Positions 63,788 through 64,000 of a stretch of DNA of 64,000 nucleotides are shown here, piece by piece. The DNA is from Leptolyngbyaceae cyanobacterium. Lineage in GTDB: Bacteria; Cyanobacteriota; Cyanobacteriia; Phormidesmidales; Phormidesmidaceae. Position numbers and translations under genes: made by a program. Below the pieces are notes generated by a model. The model searched no databases. It was given only the letters and a program-made list of their open reading frames with translations, and was not told the DNA's origin. Where the stretch lies: the NCBI GenBank assembly GCA_965263355.1, contig CBDHHL010000056.1:2144001-2208000 (forward strand), read 5' to 3'. Each line of letters starts with the position of its first letter. Positions within the stretch are counted from its first letter, which is position 1.

Positions 63788-64000
63788 AGGGTGTGGGAAT
63801 GAAAATGCCATGTTTAATCGCAACTAACCGCCCATTGGACCACGGTAAACGGAAAACTTATTTGAGTGGGTTCCTGGCCCTGCATCGGGTGCTGTTAGCG
63901 ACGCGTAACGTACCAAATTGAAAGACTCTAATATTTTGTCAGTCCTCAAAATTTGCATCATCGTAACCCTGTCAATGCCCTAAGACCGCAATAGCAGCAA

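Overview
Chromosomal segment of a cyanobacterium. Evidence: at least 19 HIP1 GCGATCGC octamers, psbH/psbN, nblA, ado-aar, and a SigC-type sigma factor. It is probably a filamentous Leptolyngbya-like lineage, possibly marine; both are inferences. Most of the window is conserved housekeeping genes: rpsR-rpmG, RNase II, glmM, lptA-lptB-lptF/G, rpe, a tRNA Phe-Tyr-Thr cluster, the alkane cluster ado-aar-accA-SDR-folE, trpF, sigC, a SNF2 helicase, phoH-KH-rpsP, psbN/psbH, tatA, pth, and an unsplit, intein-free dnaE. The accessory or unusual parts are as follows. (i) 10.4-16.0 kb holds an acidic (DDNGG)n-repeat DUF4114-type surface protein, an effector-less STAND-like P-loop ATPase and two pentapeptide-repeat genes, with three perfect TTTTCCACA (DnaA-box) motifs and an AT-rich tract between the latter two. 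(ii) An AT-rich NYN-domain gene lies next to the tRNA cluster. (iii) A ParA plus coiled-coil pair resembles the McdAB carboxysome-positioning system. (iv) A toxin-antitoxin graveyard sits upstream of dnaE. (v) Several small non-autonomous repeat elements occur, including two diverged 107-bp TIR elements carrying an internal REP-like hairpin and a CTAG-flanked MITE. I saw no CRISPR array, rRNA, transposase or integrase. All assignments come from motif recognition by eye; no database searches were run.
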